IMG/VR virus record: IMGVR_UViG_3300040770_000629
Location: 1-52,836 of that record
Direction: 5' to 3' (one strand)
Length of the DNA stretch: 52,836 bases
Source of the DNA: a virus
Taxonomy: Duplodnaviria > Caudoviricetes
Shown: one piece after another, positions 17,970 to 29,800 of the stretch
How positions within the stretch are numbered: the first letter of the stretch is position 1
Layout: each line of letters opens with the position of its first letter
Notes under the pieces: generated by a model
Database searches by the model: none
What the model saw: the letters and a program-made list of their open reading frames with translations, nothing else
What the model was told of the DNA's origin: nothing
Program-made: the position numbers and the translations under genes

Positions 17970-20900
17970 TCAATTTCCTTTTTTGTAAAGTTTTGCAGCT
18001 TTTTTGCCAATGACATCAAGCAATGTATTCGTTGTTCCAATCAAAGCAGGCGATAACACGATTCGGTCTTGAATACTTTTCTGACCGAACACAGCGTCAA
18101 TGATCTCTCCTCTTTCAGTTCTGATCTCTCCAGCCAAGACTTCGGAGAAAACCGTTTTAAGCTGATTACAAAAGACACCCTTATCACCAACCGAAGCAGC
18201 TACATCACTGGTAATATAAAAGCGAATCGCTACAGAGTCCAGTGCCAGAGGCTCACCATCAACACGAAGATCACCATCAACACTTCCAGTCAGAGATGAT
18301 CCGCCAACGGATTTGTTTCTAGCTGTGAGGTCTTTGTCAAACTGTGTACTGATAGATCTGAGGGTCTCAGACATGTCTTCTTTATCACCGTGGTAGAACA
18401 CTTCGATCTTCTCAACGATTCCTTTGGTTTTAGCCGTAGGAGTTTGATTAGACAACAAACGAAGAGTGTTCAAAGATTCGTCATCAAATAATTGAGAATT
18501 ACTGGTGACTGCATCTTCGATTGTGCATAAAATACTCTCAGGCTCCACGAAATCGTTTACTTTGATCAGACCTTTAACCGACTGATCGAACTTTACAACT
18601 ACCGTTTTAACCTTGGTCAGCTTGGTCATCAGTTTTTCAGACAAAGCCTTAGAGATCGATGATGCGTCCTCAAGAGTTTGACTTGATTCGTACAGAACAG
18701 TTTTCGCTGTAATACCAACTTTCCAAATGACTTGCTTAGGGTTGAGCAAATCTCTTTCGAAAAAGCCAGTGTTGTACGAGATGATGTCGCCTTCTTTGAA
18801 CTTATCGCCTATGTTTAAATCACAGGTTACATTGTGAGGAATCACCAAACCAGCAGCGTTACCAAAACGTCTACCGATCTCATAACCCTTAACAGTGCCG
18901 TCAGCATAGCGAATCTGAATGCCTGTTGCATTCTTGCTGATGATTTGTCCGTCTTGTTTTGCTGTCAGTGCAAAAAGATCTGTTGTTCTGTGTGCAAGGA
19001 TTTGCTCATACCCAGTACGCACAGCAGATTGTCTGTAACCTGCACAAGCAATTCCATGACTGTGTTGAACAGAAATGTAGTTGACCCGTTTAGGATCGTC
19101 GTTAGAGGCTCCAGGTGAAAGCAAAGCAGATGTCGAAAGCAATGCTGTCGTATCAATATCACTACCTTCAAAAGGTTTCGTTGTGCCCCGCAGAGATTTG
19201 AATTGTGGATCAGCACTCATGTACGTAATCACAGCGACGTTACCAGAGTCAACGGTAGATTCGGAAATCACACCCATGTCGTTCTTGTGATACTCACGCG
19301 AACTTCTGACCATGCTTCGAGCATTGCGTCCACCTGTACCACTGAAGGTAATGGCTTCGACTTCTTTTAAGTTCTGAATCGGATTGATGTCCGAAATCAA
19401 ACTCATGGAAGGGTCTTGCACCACTCGTTTCCAAACAGCATACGGATGCATCTCTAAAGGTCTTGTAGACTTACCAGAACGAGCACCATGGCCTCGAATC
19501 GATTGAATCAACTCTGAGTACACAGCACCAGCTAAACGCTCGTAGCCCTTGATCCGCATGTACTTCATATCCATCTGATCAGGATGTTTGTCCAACAGCA
19601 AAAGCTCTGAGCTTCTGACCAACAAACCTCTGAACGTGGTAGGTTCTTTCATTTCGACCAACAGATCTTTAGTGATCGGGTCAATGAACAAATTGTTAAG
19701 TAAATCGATTTCTCTTAAGTACCGTGCTGACAAACCAGAAGCTTCCAGAATGTTCAAGTAAACGTTTGGATTGTTCAAACTCTGAGCAGGATACTTTCTC
19801 AACGTTTTATCGTACTGCAAGAATCCAGCAAGAATCATCGTGGCGAGTTTGTCGTCTTTGCTAAATACATACGTCACGTCATTGAAGACAATTGCGTACT
19901 CATCAACATCTAAACCAACTCGCTCACCTGCAGGCACTTTGCGTGGAGATACTTTAAGCATTTCCAACAAATTATCAAAACCCAACTGGTAGGCTAAGAA
20001 AAAGCACACAGGAATGAAAACACCAAAGATTTTGATTTCACTGAACTCAATCGGAGCACTGGCCGCATCGATCTTAAAGAACTCTTCAACGGAGCCTTCC
20101 AAACGAAGATTGTCACCTTCAGCTGTGTACAAAATGTCGTTGGCGTCCATGGTCAGAAATGATCCTTTACCATTAGTGGCTACTACCACTGAACCATCGA
20201 CTTCAAGTTTGTCCAGAACATCTTGACCGAACAGAGCAGCACGTTTGAAATGGTCAAAGTTAAATGTGTAACCCTTGGCTGACAGTGACTTAAATGTCAT
20301 TGCCAAAATAGAGTAAGTCCTTGGACCAGTGAACTGATTGTCAAAAACATTACTGGTTGCAATGTCTGTCACGTCCACGCTAGAATTGTCCAGACCTTTT
20401 TCCATGACACGGTTGGTGAGCCATGTTGCGTAATCGTTGACTTTCTTAGTGTTTCTGCTGACAAATGTTTTACCGTAGTAACTGGTCAAAGCTACAGTGC
20501 CTGGAGAGATCTTCCGAATGGGAAGGTCGCCACGCTGCTTTCTCAATTTGTATTTGGTTCCGTTGTACTTGATCAAACCATCTTCATCGACTGAAGGTAA
20601 TTTAAAACGAAGTGTAGAAGCAACACCTTCTACAGGACGGACACGGATGATGTGGTTCTCGTAATTACCGAGCATGTCTTGCTGTTTCTCAACCGTGTAA
20701 TTGCTCAGAATCACACCACCTTTTTGTACGTTCACAACCATGCTGGCAATGTCTTTAGCCAACACTTTGTTGATGTAGTCCTGATCAAAGTTAAGCAAGC
20801 TTGACTTGAGCATTGACTTATCAATGACTGTCTTGATGTCTGGAATAGCTTTAGATGCAGAAATTGTTAAGTCTTCAGGTGAGATCTTGATGAACTCTTC

Positions 20901-22145
20901 CAAAGTACTCTTACCGTCTGGTGCCAAGATCTTCTTGTAGTTCCCTGCACTGGTGGTCAAGTTTTTGTAGACAGCAGCGGTGAGTAATCCGTCTTCAGCT
21001 AATTTATCACAAATTGCAATCACCGAGCCTTCGTTAGAGACTTCCGTGTGGAAATCTTTAATCACACTTTGTGTTTGTGCTTTGACTATGTTAGGTTGCA
21101 ACTCAACAATAGATTTTTCTTCAATCTTTTCCAAGTCTTCCAGATTACTTTCAAGTTTTTCTAAAAACCTGTCCGCTTTTTCAAGCCGTGATTCTTCATC
21201 TTGTTCAACTTCTTGAGGTGTGTCTAGAGCTTTCTTTTCTTCGACTTCTGTTTCTTGATCAGGATCAACCGGTGAAGTGCGAACAGCCATCAAACTCATC
21301 AACGTAAACAAAAGTCTTTTCTGAAGCTGTGCAGGAGCAATCTTAACTTTCTGAGCTTTTGATTCAGGGTTTTCGTTGTCCTGGTCATAACGCCAACTTT
21401 CCAACACACCTAAGTTAATCATGAGCCAGCTGCCTGACTCTTTGAACACAATGTTGATTTTGGATAAATTGTTTTTATCCAGACCTGCCATCACACCAGA
21501 ATCTCTGCTATCAACACTAAGCCATTTCCACAGCTCTAAAATAAACAAAGACTCTGAACTTGGGAAAACTTTGATCAGAGTACTGTTGGTGATCTTTGAG
21601 TAGTTGTTCAGACTTGTAACACTTGGCAGAATTTTAGGCAAGTCTGTAAAGATGTATTGTTGACGTGAGCTGCTCGAAGCTGAAACATTGACCGTGTTCC
21701 ACAAAGTCTTTTGAATGTTCCACCATTTGTAGTACTCGCTGAAAGTACTGCGAACATAACGGTAGAGTTTCGGAATGAAGTCAAAATTCAAAACCAACAG
21801 CGTCATCTCATCTCTGGTGATGCTGTTGACATCTTTGACATACCGAAAACGTCTGTTGCGTGTATGGTACTCTTTGACGTAAGGCAGAACAGACAAATTG
21901 ACTTTACGAGGAGTGCCTTTAGAGTCAGACAACTCAAGCACGTGGTCCATCAAAATTTGTTTGGTGATCAAACGGAAAAAGTAATCATCCGAAGCAGGAC
22001 CACTTCTAACGCCATCGAGTGTCAAGTAATTTAAAAGACTGTTTCTGGGAAATTCAAACTTATCAAGCGTGCTGATAACGGGTGTCATCAAGTGCTGCGG
22101 CAACCTCACGCCGTGCCTTCTGTAGAACATATCCTGAGTAATCAT
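17970..22145 (-). CDS. rpoB: virion RNA polymerase beta subunit, N-terminal/major part (phiKZ gp178-like)
   Basis: 1391 aa; beta motifs SESTVDSGNVA, DDPKRVNY, RTGYE, LEDASSIS, GDKGVFCNQLKTV, IDAVFG..S...R. Confidence 0.92.
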   Translation of the reverse strand: MITQDMFYRRHGVRLPQHLMTPVISTLDKFEFPRNSLLNYLTLDGVRSGPASDDYFFRLITKQILMDHVLELSDSKGTPRKVNLSVLPYVKEYHTRNRRFRYVKDVNSITRDEMTLLVLNFDFIPKLYRYVRSTFSEYYKWWNIQKTLWNTVNVSASSSSRQQYIFTDLPKILPSVTSLNNYSKITNSTLIKVFPSSESLFILELWKWLSVDSRDSGVMAGLDKNNLSKINIVFKESGSWLMINLGVLESWRYDQDNENPESKAQKVKIAPAQLQKRLLFTLMSLMAVRTSPVDPDQETEVEEKKALDTPQEVEQDEESRLEKADRFLEKLESNLEDLEKIEEKSIVELQPNIVKAQTQSVIKDFHTEVSNEGSVIAICDKLAEDGLLTAAVYKNLTTSAGNYKKILAPDGKSTLEEFIKISPEDLTISASKAIPDIKTVIDKSMLKSSLLNFDQDYINKVLAKDIASMVVNVQKGGVILSNYTVEKQQDMLGNYENHIIRVRPVEGVASTLRFKLPSVDEDGLIKYNGTKYKLRKQRGDLPIRKISPGTVALTSYYGKTFVSRNTKKVNDYATWLTNRVMEKGLDNSSVDVTDIATSNVFDNQFTGPRTYSILAMTFKSLSAKGYTFNFDHFKRAALFGQDVLDKLEVDGSVVVATNGKGSFLTMDANDILYTAEGDNLRLEGSVEEFFKIDAASAPIEFSEIKIFGVFIPVCFFLAYQLGFDNLLEMLKVSPRKVPAGERVGLDVDEYAIVFNDVTYVFSKDDKLATMILAGFLQYDKTLRKYPAQSLNNPNVYLNILEASGLSARYLREIDLLNNLFIDPITKDLLVEMKEPTTFRGLLVRSSELLLLDKHPDQMDMKYMRIKGYERLAGAVYSELIQSIRGHGARSGKSTRPLEMHPYAVWKRVVQDPSMSLISDINPIQNLKEVEAITFSGTGGRNARSMVRSSREYHKNDMGVISESTVDSGNVAVITYMSADPQFKSLRGTTKPFEGSDIDTTALLSTSALLSPGASNDDPKRVNYISVQHSHGIACAGYRQSAVRTGYEQILAHRTTDLFALTAKQDGQIISKNATGIQIRYADGTVKGYEIGRRFGNAAGLVIPHNVTCDLNIGDKFKEGDIISYNTGFFERDLLNPKQVIWKVGITAKTVLYESSQTLEDASSISKALSEKLMTKLTKVKTVVVKFDQSVKGLIKVNDFVEPESILCTIEDAVTSNSQLFDDESLNTLRLLSNQTPTAKTKGIVEKIEVFYHGDKEDMSETLRSISTQFDKDLTARNKSVGGSSLTGSVDGDLRVDGEPLALDSVAIRFYITSDVAASVGDKGVFCNQLKTVFSEVLAGEIRTERGEIIDAVFGQKSIQDRIVLSPALIGTTNTLLDVIGKKAAKLYKKGN

Positions 22146-22155
22146 TGGAATCCTT

Positions 22156-23793
22156 TTATGTGGTAGCTACTGGATCACCTGTCATGTTTCTAAGAACATA
22201 TGCAACAGTGTCTGTATTTGAACTGTAAGTGATCTTTCCGTCCGTACCAATGTAGTAACGTTTGCTGTTCAGAAAGTTTTTAACCTCTGTGATAGCTTCA
22301 TCGCTGTAGACAGCATTACCCGAACCTGTGTCCCCGTCAAAGTCAGCACCGAGTCTTGACAAGTGAGGACTCGCTGGTGACAAAGAGTCAATGAACTCTG
22401 AGCCTACGATTGGAAACTGGTGAGCAGTATGACTGTCATCCATGGGTTGCCAATTCTCATCAAGCTCCGCTCTTTCTTCAATCAAAACAGTAGGCTTTAA
22501 AAAAACCATACTAGGATAGATTGAGCCGATACCAGTGATAGGATAACGGGTGAAAAAGAGTGGATAATTGTTCGAAGTTTTGTAGACAGAAAGATACAAA
22601 AGTTCACAAAACGTCAAAGGAAACACATCATTCTTTGAACGAGTAGGTGGTAATTCATCGATGTCTTGCATCAATTTGTACGTGTTATCTGGGCCTTTAT
22701 AAATGAGTCCCAAATACTTACCTTCGATCTCAATGGCTTTGTGACGAACAGAAATATCCTTGAAAGATGTCATGACTTTTTCAAGTCCTTCATCAGACAT
22801 CCAAGCATCAATCATCCGTGGTGACACGTCAACAACTTCTTTCTTGAACGTCTTTTTGTTGACCAAGAAAGCAGGTGCATTGGTTCCTGTAAACACCTTG
22901 GATAAGAAACCATTTCTAAGGTTAAACCGGCTCACAGGCATCGTGGCTTTCAAGAACTGATACAGTCCAATGATCGTGTCATTGACATCAATGTTTCCTT
23001 TAGACCCAAGGTCTTTGGAGTTGATGTTCACAGCCGTGATCACGTTACGAGTTCCGTTAAAGATTCGTCTGGAAGCCCACTTACCCATCAGCAGTTTTTT
23101 CTTACCTTGAATCGAGTTTTCAAGCAGATCATAAATCTGGTTGTAAGCCGACTGAATGGAGTAACTGATGGTGTTCAAAATCTCTGGGTTACTGACCACA
23201 GCATCTTTGCTGATGTTGTTAGACAGAGACAAAAGCTTTCTGTACAAATTGTTGATCTCGTTTTCAGACTGACGACCATCGGCTTCAATTTCAAAGTCTC
23301 TCAAACCTGCTGGTAGAACAACCAACTTGCTGAGCATGGTTTTGTCTTTGTATTTGTCAATCAAAGCAATGGTCTGGTCTCTGCGGTCACTGTCAGTCGT
23401 TTTAAAAACAATATCTTTCCAGTGATCACGAAAGAATTGAAAACCTGTTTGACCTTTGAGTGGATCAGACTTGATAAAGTCTTTTTCCTCTTCACTCCAA
23501 GTGGCGTAGGTCTTACCAGCAATGATCTCACCGTACATCTTCTTGAGCTTGGTCAGTGCTCTGTAAATAGTGGGATGGAAAATAGAGATCTTCACGTCGA
23601 TGTAGGAGAACCTGCGGCTTCTTCTTTCATCTCCTACTTTACCAAAGATACTGACAGAAAACAAACCACTTTCGTGAAAATTCTTTGTAGCACCAATAAA
23701 GGTGTCAAGCACAGTGACTGGCTTTAAGCCCACTAGCTTATCATCCGTCAGGTTAAGAAGCGTGACGTTAAATGGCACATTTATGTTACTCAT
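22156..23793 (-). CDS. rpoB-like partner rpoC: virion RNA polymerase beta' subunit, N-terminal/catalytic part (phiKZ gp180-like)
   Basis: catalytic GADFDGD; GLFSVSIFG, VLPAGLRD, GTRNVI and RYP motifs. Confidence 0.93.
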   Translation of the reverse strand: MSNINVPFNVTLLNLTDDKLVGLKPVTVLDTFIGATKNFHESGLFSVSIFGKVGDERRSRRFSYIDVKISIFHPTIYRALTKLKKMYGEIIAGKTYATWSEEEKDFIKSDPLKGQTGFQFFRDHWKDIVFKTTDSDRRDQTIALIDKYKDKTMLSKLVVLPAGLRDFEIEADGRQSENEINNLYRKLLSLSNNISKDAVVSNPEILNTISYSIQSAYNQIYDLLENSIQGKKKLLMGKWASRRIFNGTRNVITAVNINSKDLGSKGNIDVNDTIIGLYQFLKATMPVSRFNLRNGFLSKVFTGTNAPAFLVNKKTFKKEVVDVSPRMIDAWMSDEGLEKVMTSFKDISVRHKAIEIEGKYLGLIYKGPDNTYKLMQDIDELPPTRSKNDVFPLTFCELLYLSVYKTSNNYPLFFTRYPITGIGSIYPSMVFLKPTVLIEERAELDENWQPMDDSHTAHQFPIVGSEFIDSLSPASPHLSRLGADFDGDTGSGNAVYSDEAITEVKNFLNSKRYYIGTDGKITYSSNTDTVAYVLRNMTGDPVATT

Positions 23794-23843
23794 TGGAAAC
23801 CTTTTTAATGAGTTGAATTTTATTTAGTAAGGACGACAAGCTT

Positions 23844-26800
23844 ATGGCTAAGAAAGAAGACCTAAGGTCAAATGCACCACCGCTTGATGATTACAGCGAC
23901 ATGGATTTTGACTTTGATGCTCCTCCTCCTAAAGATGATCGCAAACCGGTTACCAAAGTAGCTTATGGTGCGATGGCAGGAGCTAGAGATACACTTAAAG
24001 ACAAAGCTTTTATTCGCTCTACAATTAAGTCGGTTTTGCCAGAAGGTTATGGCATGGCCATGGACCTGCAGCAAGAAGCTAGCGCAAAAGCAAGGCAACT
24101 ATACAATAACGCAGCCAGGGAAATTAAGCCTAGCATTGCTTCAATGACCAGTGCAGCTGAAAAACTACTGCCTGCTGGAGCCACTAAACTCAAAGCAAAA
24201 TTGGGTGAAATCAACAAATGGGCTGATGAAAAACCTAAGACTTTTTCTGAGAACAGTAAAGAAGATCAAAGAAGTGCTTTTCTTGCTGAGTCCATTCGTG
24301 ATACGTTCAAGTTCCAGATGGAACAAGACGCTAAGTCAGGCGCTAGAGTTGAAAGCCGAGAACGCCTTCAAGAAGGCTTGGCTTACATTCGGCACAAAGA
24401 CAATTTCAGTCTGCTCAACAAAATCAACATTGGTATCAATAGACTTTCTCAATACCAAGACAAAGTCACGTCTGCTTACCAAAGAAAATCTCTGGAGTTA
24501 CAATACAGGACTTTGTACGCCAACTTAGACAGTCTTGAAGAGTCTAGAAAGTTCAACAAGTACTCAGCAGAAACACTTGCTAGTATTGCTAAGAATACTG
24601 GTCTTCCTGATTACGTTAAACTCACCACTAGCGAGAGAATTGGTGAGGTGATGCGTAACAAGTTGATGGACAAGGTGTCGGACTCTCTTTTTGGTGGACG
24701 TGGTAACATCGTCGGTAAAATGGGTGACCAGATAGAAAGAGTTCTCAAAGAGAAAATTTCTAGCTTTGTCACTGGCATGTCAATGCCTACTGAGATAATG
24801 GAAGCTGCTGGTCAAGCCAAAGAGATGACCGGTGAAGGTGGTGCAGACGGTTACGTCATGTCGGGTCAAGCAATTGGTCAAATGTTGATGCAACAGATGT
24901 CTGACAAGCTTGGTCCTAAGATGACGAAATACCTTCCAAAGAGTGTCCTTGGAAAAGGTGAAAAAATCAAAGGGATAGTTAAGAATGCACCCCAGCTTCT
25001 TGACCAGTACAAAAACAGTGGTAAGGGTAACTTTGACACAGGTATCAAAGGTATCTTGGCTAGATTTGCCAAAGAGTTAATTCCTGGTATGGGAATTGAG
25101 TCAGGTCTTGAGAAAGACACCATCGGTAGTCTGAACAAACCTTATATCTACACTAAACAAACTCACAAGTCAATCAATGAAGTTATCCCTGGTTACTTAG
25201 CCAGAATCTTCAGAGAGTTGCAAGTCATTCGAACAGGTGATGACAAAACTCCTTTGACTGTGTTTGATAACAAGTCCAGCAAGTTCGTCTCTAAAGGACA
25301 AGGCAATAAAAACATTTTTGATTCTATCGTCAGCAAAAGTGGTATGGAGTCTACCAAGATTCAGATGACCAATCTGTTAAAGATGATTGATCCTCAAGAG
25401 AAGATGTCTCCTGAAGCCCGTAAAGCTTTCATGGACAAGACGCTTAAAGATAACGTCAAGGGTAAGTACGGCGGCGCTTCTAGAACAGCTTCGGAGTACA
25501 CTTACTCTTCTGATGAAGGTACAGCTAAGTACGCTAAAGAAATTGCTTTGGCAATGCAGCAGTATTTCAAGTCAGACAGAAATGGTAAGATTGGTAATGA
25601 CGAAGCCTCTCAAGCCAGACAAAACGCTTTCACTGACAAACAACGCGAACTCGGTGGCTACATTGCTGACAGCAGAGCTGCTATTCAGAACCTGATCAAC
25701 TTAGGCAACTACGATCAGTTAGAAGAAATTGGTTTGGTTAAAACCAGTAATGACGGCTCTGTCAGTGTGGATACTGAAAGACTGGCTCAGTACTATGCTG
25801 GTGACACATACAGTCAAGCTGATGATCCTTTGTCAAGCAGTAAAAAATCTAAAAGTTCTGGTTTGGGTGGCAGTATGTCTAAACAGACATCGGGCCGTTC
25901 TAGAGCCAGACCAGCTAACGTACAACCTAAACGTACTGTTCAGCAACCCAGACAAATGGGCCAGCAAAGCAACAATAGCGAATTCATCAAACAAATCATG
26001 GAGTCTAACAAAGAGTCTTCAGACAAATCTGTGGACCATTTGGGTAAGATTCAAGAACTGATTGTTGAAGGCAACATTGCTCAAGAAGCTTATTTTTCAG
26101 CGTTGATCGACACAGTCAAACTCTCTGGTGGTGGCGGTGGCGCTGCACAGGCTGGTGAGACAGGTGCAGGAAACAATGGAAACATTTTCCAAGGCGCTAG
26201 CATCAACTTGAAGAACTTCCTTGGCAAGACGACTAAAACTGTAGGTAAAGTTTTCTCGATGGGTCACAAAGTAGGAATGCATGGCATCAAAACAGGCTTT
26301 AAAGTCTTAGGTGCTGCCACATCTCTTGCTAAGGGTGCACTCAACACAGCCACTAGCATGGTTGAAAAACTCGTTGAGAAAAGAAGTCTTTACATGCCCG
26401 GTGAAGAAGAGCCTCGTCTGTCACACGCTTTACTCAAAGCAGGTAAGTACTTTGACCAGAAGACAAAGAAGGTCATTAAAAATCTCTACGACATCAAAGG
26501 TACTGTGGTTGATGAAAACGGTGAGATTGTTATTACGAAAGAAGAGTTGAAAACTTCTTACGTAAGAACAAAAAGAGGCTCTGCTATTCTTAAACTGGGT
26601 AGTACTCTTTTTAACTTCACCAAAGGTGCAATCACGAATGGGTTCGGAATGATTCCGCCTATCTTCAGAACAGGAATTGAAATTGCTAAGTCTTCACTTA
26701 ACTTTGTTAAAAATCTACTCGACCAACCTCAAGACATCTACATTGCTGGTCTTGAGTTCCCTGTTATTCTTGCTAGATCTATGCGAGGAGGAGGATACCG

Positions 26801-29800
26801 ATTAAAGTCTGACAGAACCGTTGTCAGCAGACCTTCTCAAATCACAGGTGCAGTGATGGATCAAGAAGGAAACATTGTCATTACCGACGAAGATCTGCGC
26901 AGAGGACTCTTCGATAAAAATGGTCAACCTATCCGTTCGCCGTTAGGAAAAATCATTAACTTCGGTAAGAACGTTTTGATGGCAGGTGTCAGAGCTGTCG
27001 GTTACGCTGCTCGGTCTGGTCTTAACGTGGCTAAGAAAGGTTTGTCACTCGCTAGTAAAGCAACAGGTATTGGTGCCAGATTCATAGGCGGTGGCCTAGG
27101 CTCCTTTGGTGGTGGTAGTGCTGGCTCTGTTGGTGGTGATAAAGCAGTTTCTTTGTTAGAACAAATCTACAGAGTCTTGGACATGAGGCTTCCTCCGTTA
27201 GGAAACCGTAAAGGTTCTTGGAAAGACATGGATCGCGCTGGTGGTCGTAAAGCTACTAGAGCAGCTGATGCAGCAGCGGCTAAAGCCAAAGCTGAAGAAG
27301 CTAAGAAGTCTGGTTCTTCAGGAGGCAGAAGTTTCTTAGACAGATTCATCGACAATAAAACAGATGGAACAAACAAACCAGCTGGAACACCGGACGCAAC
27401 TGGTAAGAAAAAAGGTTTCTTCTCAAGACTCAAAGGTGGTAAAGCAGGAATGATTGCAGGCTTGTTAGGTGCAATTGGTCTTGATGCTTTGCTGGGTTCT
27501 GAAGAAGGCTCGATTGGCTCGACCATTGGGAAAGTTGTTGATGTTGGTAGTACAGTAGCAACCGTTGGTGGCTTAGCAGGTTTAGGTGCATCGACAACAG
27601 TAGCAGCAAGCACAGCAGCCGCAGGTGCAGCAACGGCTACAGCAGCGACTGCAGGTGTAGCTGGAACAGCAGTTGCTGGTGCTGGTATTGGATCAACCAT
27701 TTTGGCTGGTCTGGGTGGCTTAGGAACAGCCATTGCAGCGATTGCTGGCAGTCCTGTTGTCTTAGGTGGACTTGCCCTTGCAGCTGTTGGTACAGGTTTG
27801 TATTACGGCTACAAATACTTCAACAAGAAAACTACTCATCTGACTAAACTCAGAGCAGCTCAGTATGGATTCATGCCAATCAATCCAGAAGGTGCCAGTA
27901 AAGCATTTGAACTTGAGGACATGCTCAAAAAAGATGTTTACTACGAGCAAGGTAGAGCTAACGTTAACATGAAAAAGTTTGACTATGAAAAAGCATTCAA
28001 GCTTTTCAGTGTCGACGCTAAAAAAGGACAAGAAGCTCAGAGATGGGCTGAATGGTTTAAGACTCGTTTCAAGCCTGTTTTCTTAACACACTTGACAGCA
28101 CTGCTGGCAGTCGATAAGAAGATGCAGCTTGCAGATGTTGCTGAACTCAAACCAGAAGACAAAGTAAGATACTTGGATATGTGTAGGTTCAAGGAAGGTC
28201 CTTACGGATACACAACCAGTCCTATTCCTGGCGACAGTGTTCGAATGGCTGATGCTTCAGACGTTGAGTCTGTGTATCAAAAAGCCAAAGAAGAAATTGA
28301 CGCTGAAGGAAAAGACAAAGAAAATGCCAGAACAGGTAAAAGCGCTGTAGAAGCTATCTCTTACGACAATATGGGAAACCCCATATCGGGTGGTGATTCA
28401 AGAGACAATAAAAATGCTAACGTAGATGCTGTTCGAAATGGTAAACAAATCTCTCAGGACTTGAGCAGAGACAACGCAACAGGATCAGTCAGACCTAAAT
28501 CTGTTGTGACTATTGCAGGGGCTGCGAGTGCACCAGTCTTTACCAGTAAACTGGACACGCTCGAAGGTGTTCGGATGCGCACTTATGGTTTAACAACCAT
28601 GGAGTCTGATAAAGTCCAGGCACTGAGAAAGCTTGAGAACCTGATTCTCAAATCTGTTCAGTATGATGGTAGCGGTAAAGCTATCTACAAAGGCGACAGT
28701 ATTGATGTGTTGGTTGCAGGTGGTCTGTACTTCGGAGTCTCAACAGAGTCTGCACAAGCTAAAACTTGGAACACATGGTATCAAACAAGATTCTTGCCTG
28801 TCTTCTTGACCTATGCAGGTTTGATCAGGCAACTGGCTGGCTCTCCAATCAAATCAGGGATTACTCCTTCTTTGACAGGAACGCAAGCTTTAAGCATCGC
28901 AACTCAGATCTCTTCGATCGATGGTATCTGGTCTATCAAAGACTCACCATGGGCTAACTACTCATTGGGTTTAGACCAAGCAATTGTCAAAGAGTTGATC
29001 GAGTCTCTTCGCACCATAGCGAAGCAAGAAAAAATAGCTGAAGCTGCAATTGTTAAAGAGCAACCTAGAGGAAATAATCCTTCTTCTTTCGTAGCTACTT
29101 CTTCGGAAGTCAATGACGTTAACAAACAACTTCAAAACAGAAACAGAGATCCAGCACAACAAGGATCTTCTGATGCTGAAAGTAAAGATCTGGACAAGCA
29201 AGGCACTGCTGCTCCTGGTGCTAATGTTCCATCTGGTGCGACCAGTGGTTTGGCATTAGCTGGTGGTGCAGTTAGTGACGGAAGAAACGCTAGTCGTTAT
29301 CTGCAGTTTGTCAATGGTTCAACATTGACTGGACTCAATCCAGAGATGCACAAGAACTTGATGGCGCTGGTTGATGAATACGGAACTACCACAGGTAAGA
29401 CAACCTTCATCAATTCTGGTTTCAGAACCTATGCTCAGCAACTAAAAGAGTACATTGCGAAAAAAGGTGTTGGTGTTGCCAAGCCTGGTAGCTCCATGCA
29501 TGAGTATGGACTTGCTGTTGATATTCCATCGAGAATTCTCAACCACATGGATTCTTTGGGTCTGCTTAGAAAGTACGGGTTCACAAGACCTGTTGCCAAT
29601 GAGCCATGGCACTTAGAGCCTGCTGGTATTCAGATGGACATCAATGGCCTTCGTCAGAACCAAAATGCTGCTGCACAAGCAATTGCTGCGGGTGTGGGTA
29701 AAGGTGGTGGAGGTTATGGAACCCTTACAGGTATCACAGGTCATGGACGAAATGGTGAAGTTGCTAAACAAGTTTTAGAAGCTTCTGTTTCTGCTAAATC

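Noticed and set aside
27167-27733. 188-aa Pro/Ala-rich minus-strand ORF
   Set aside because: Mirror of the Ala/Gly codon tract in the giant tail gene
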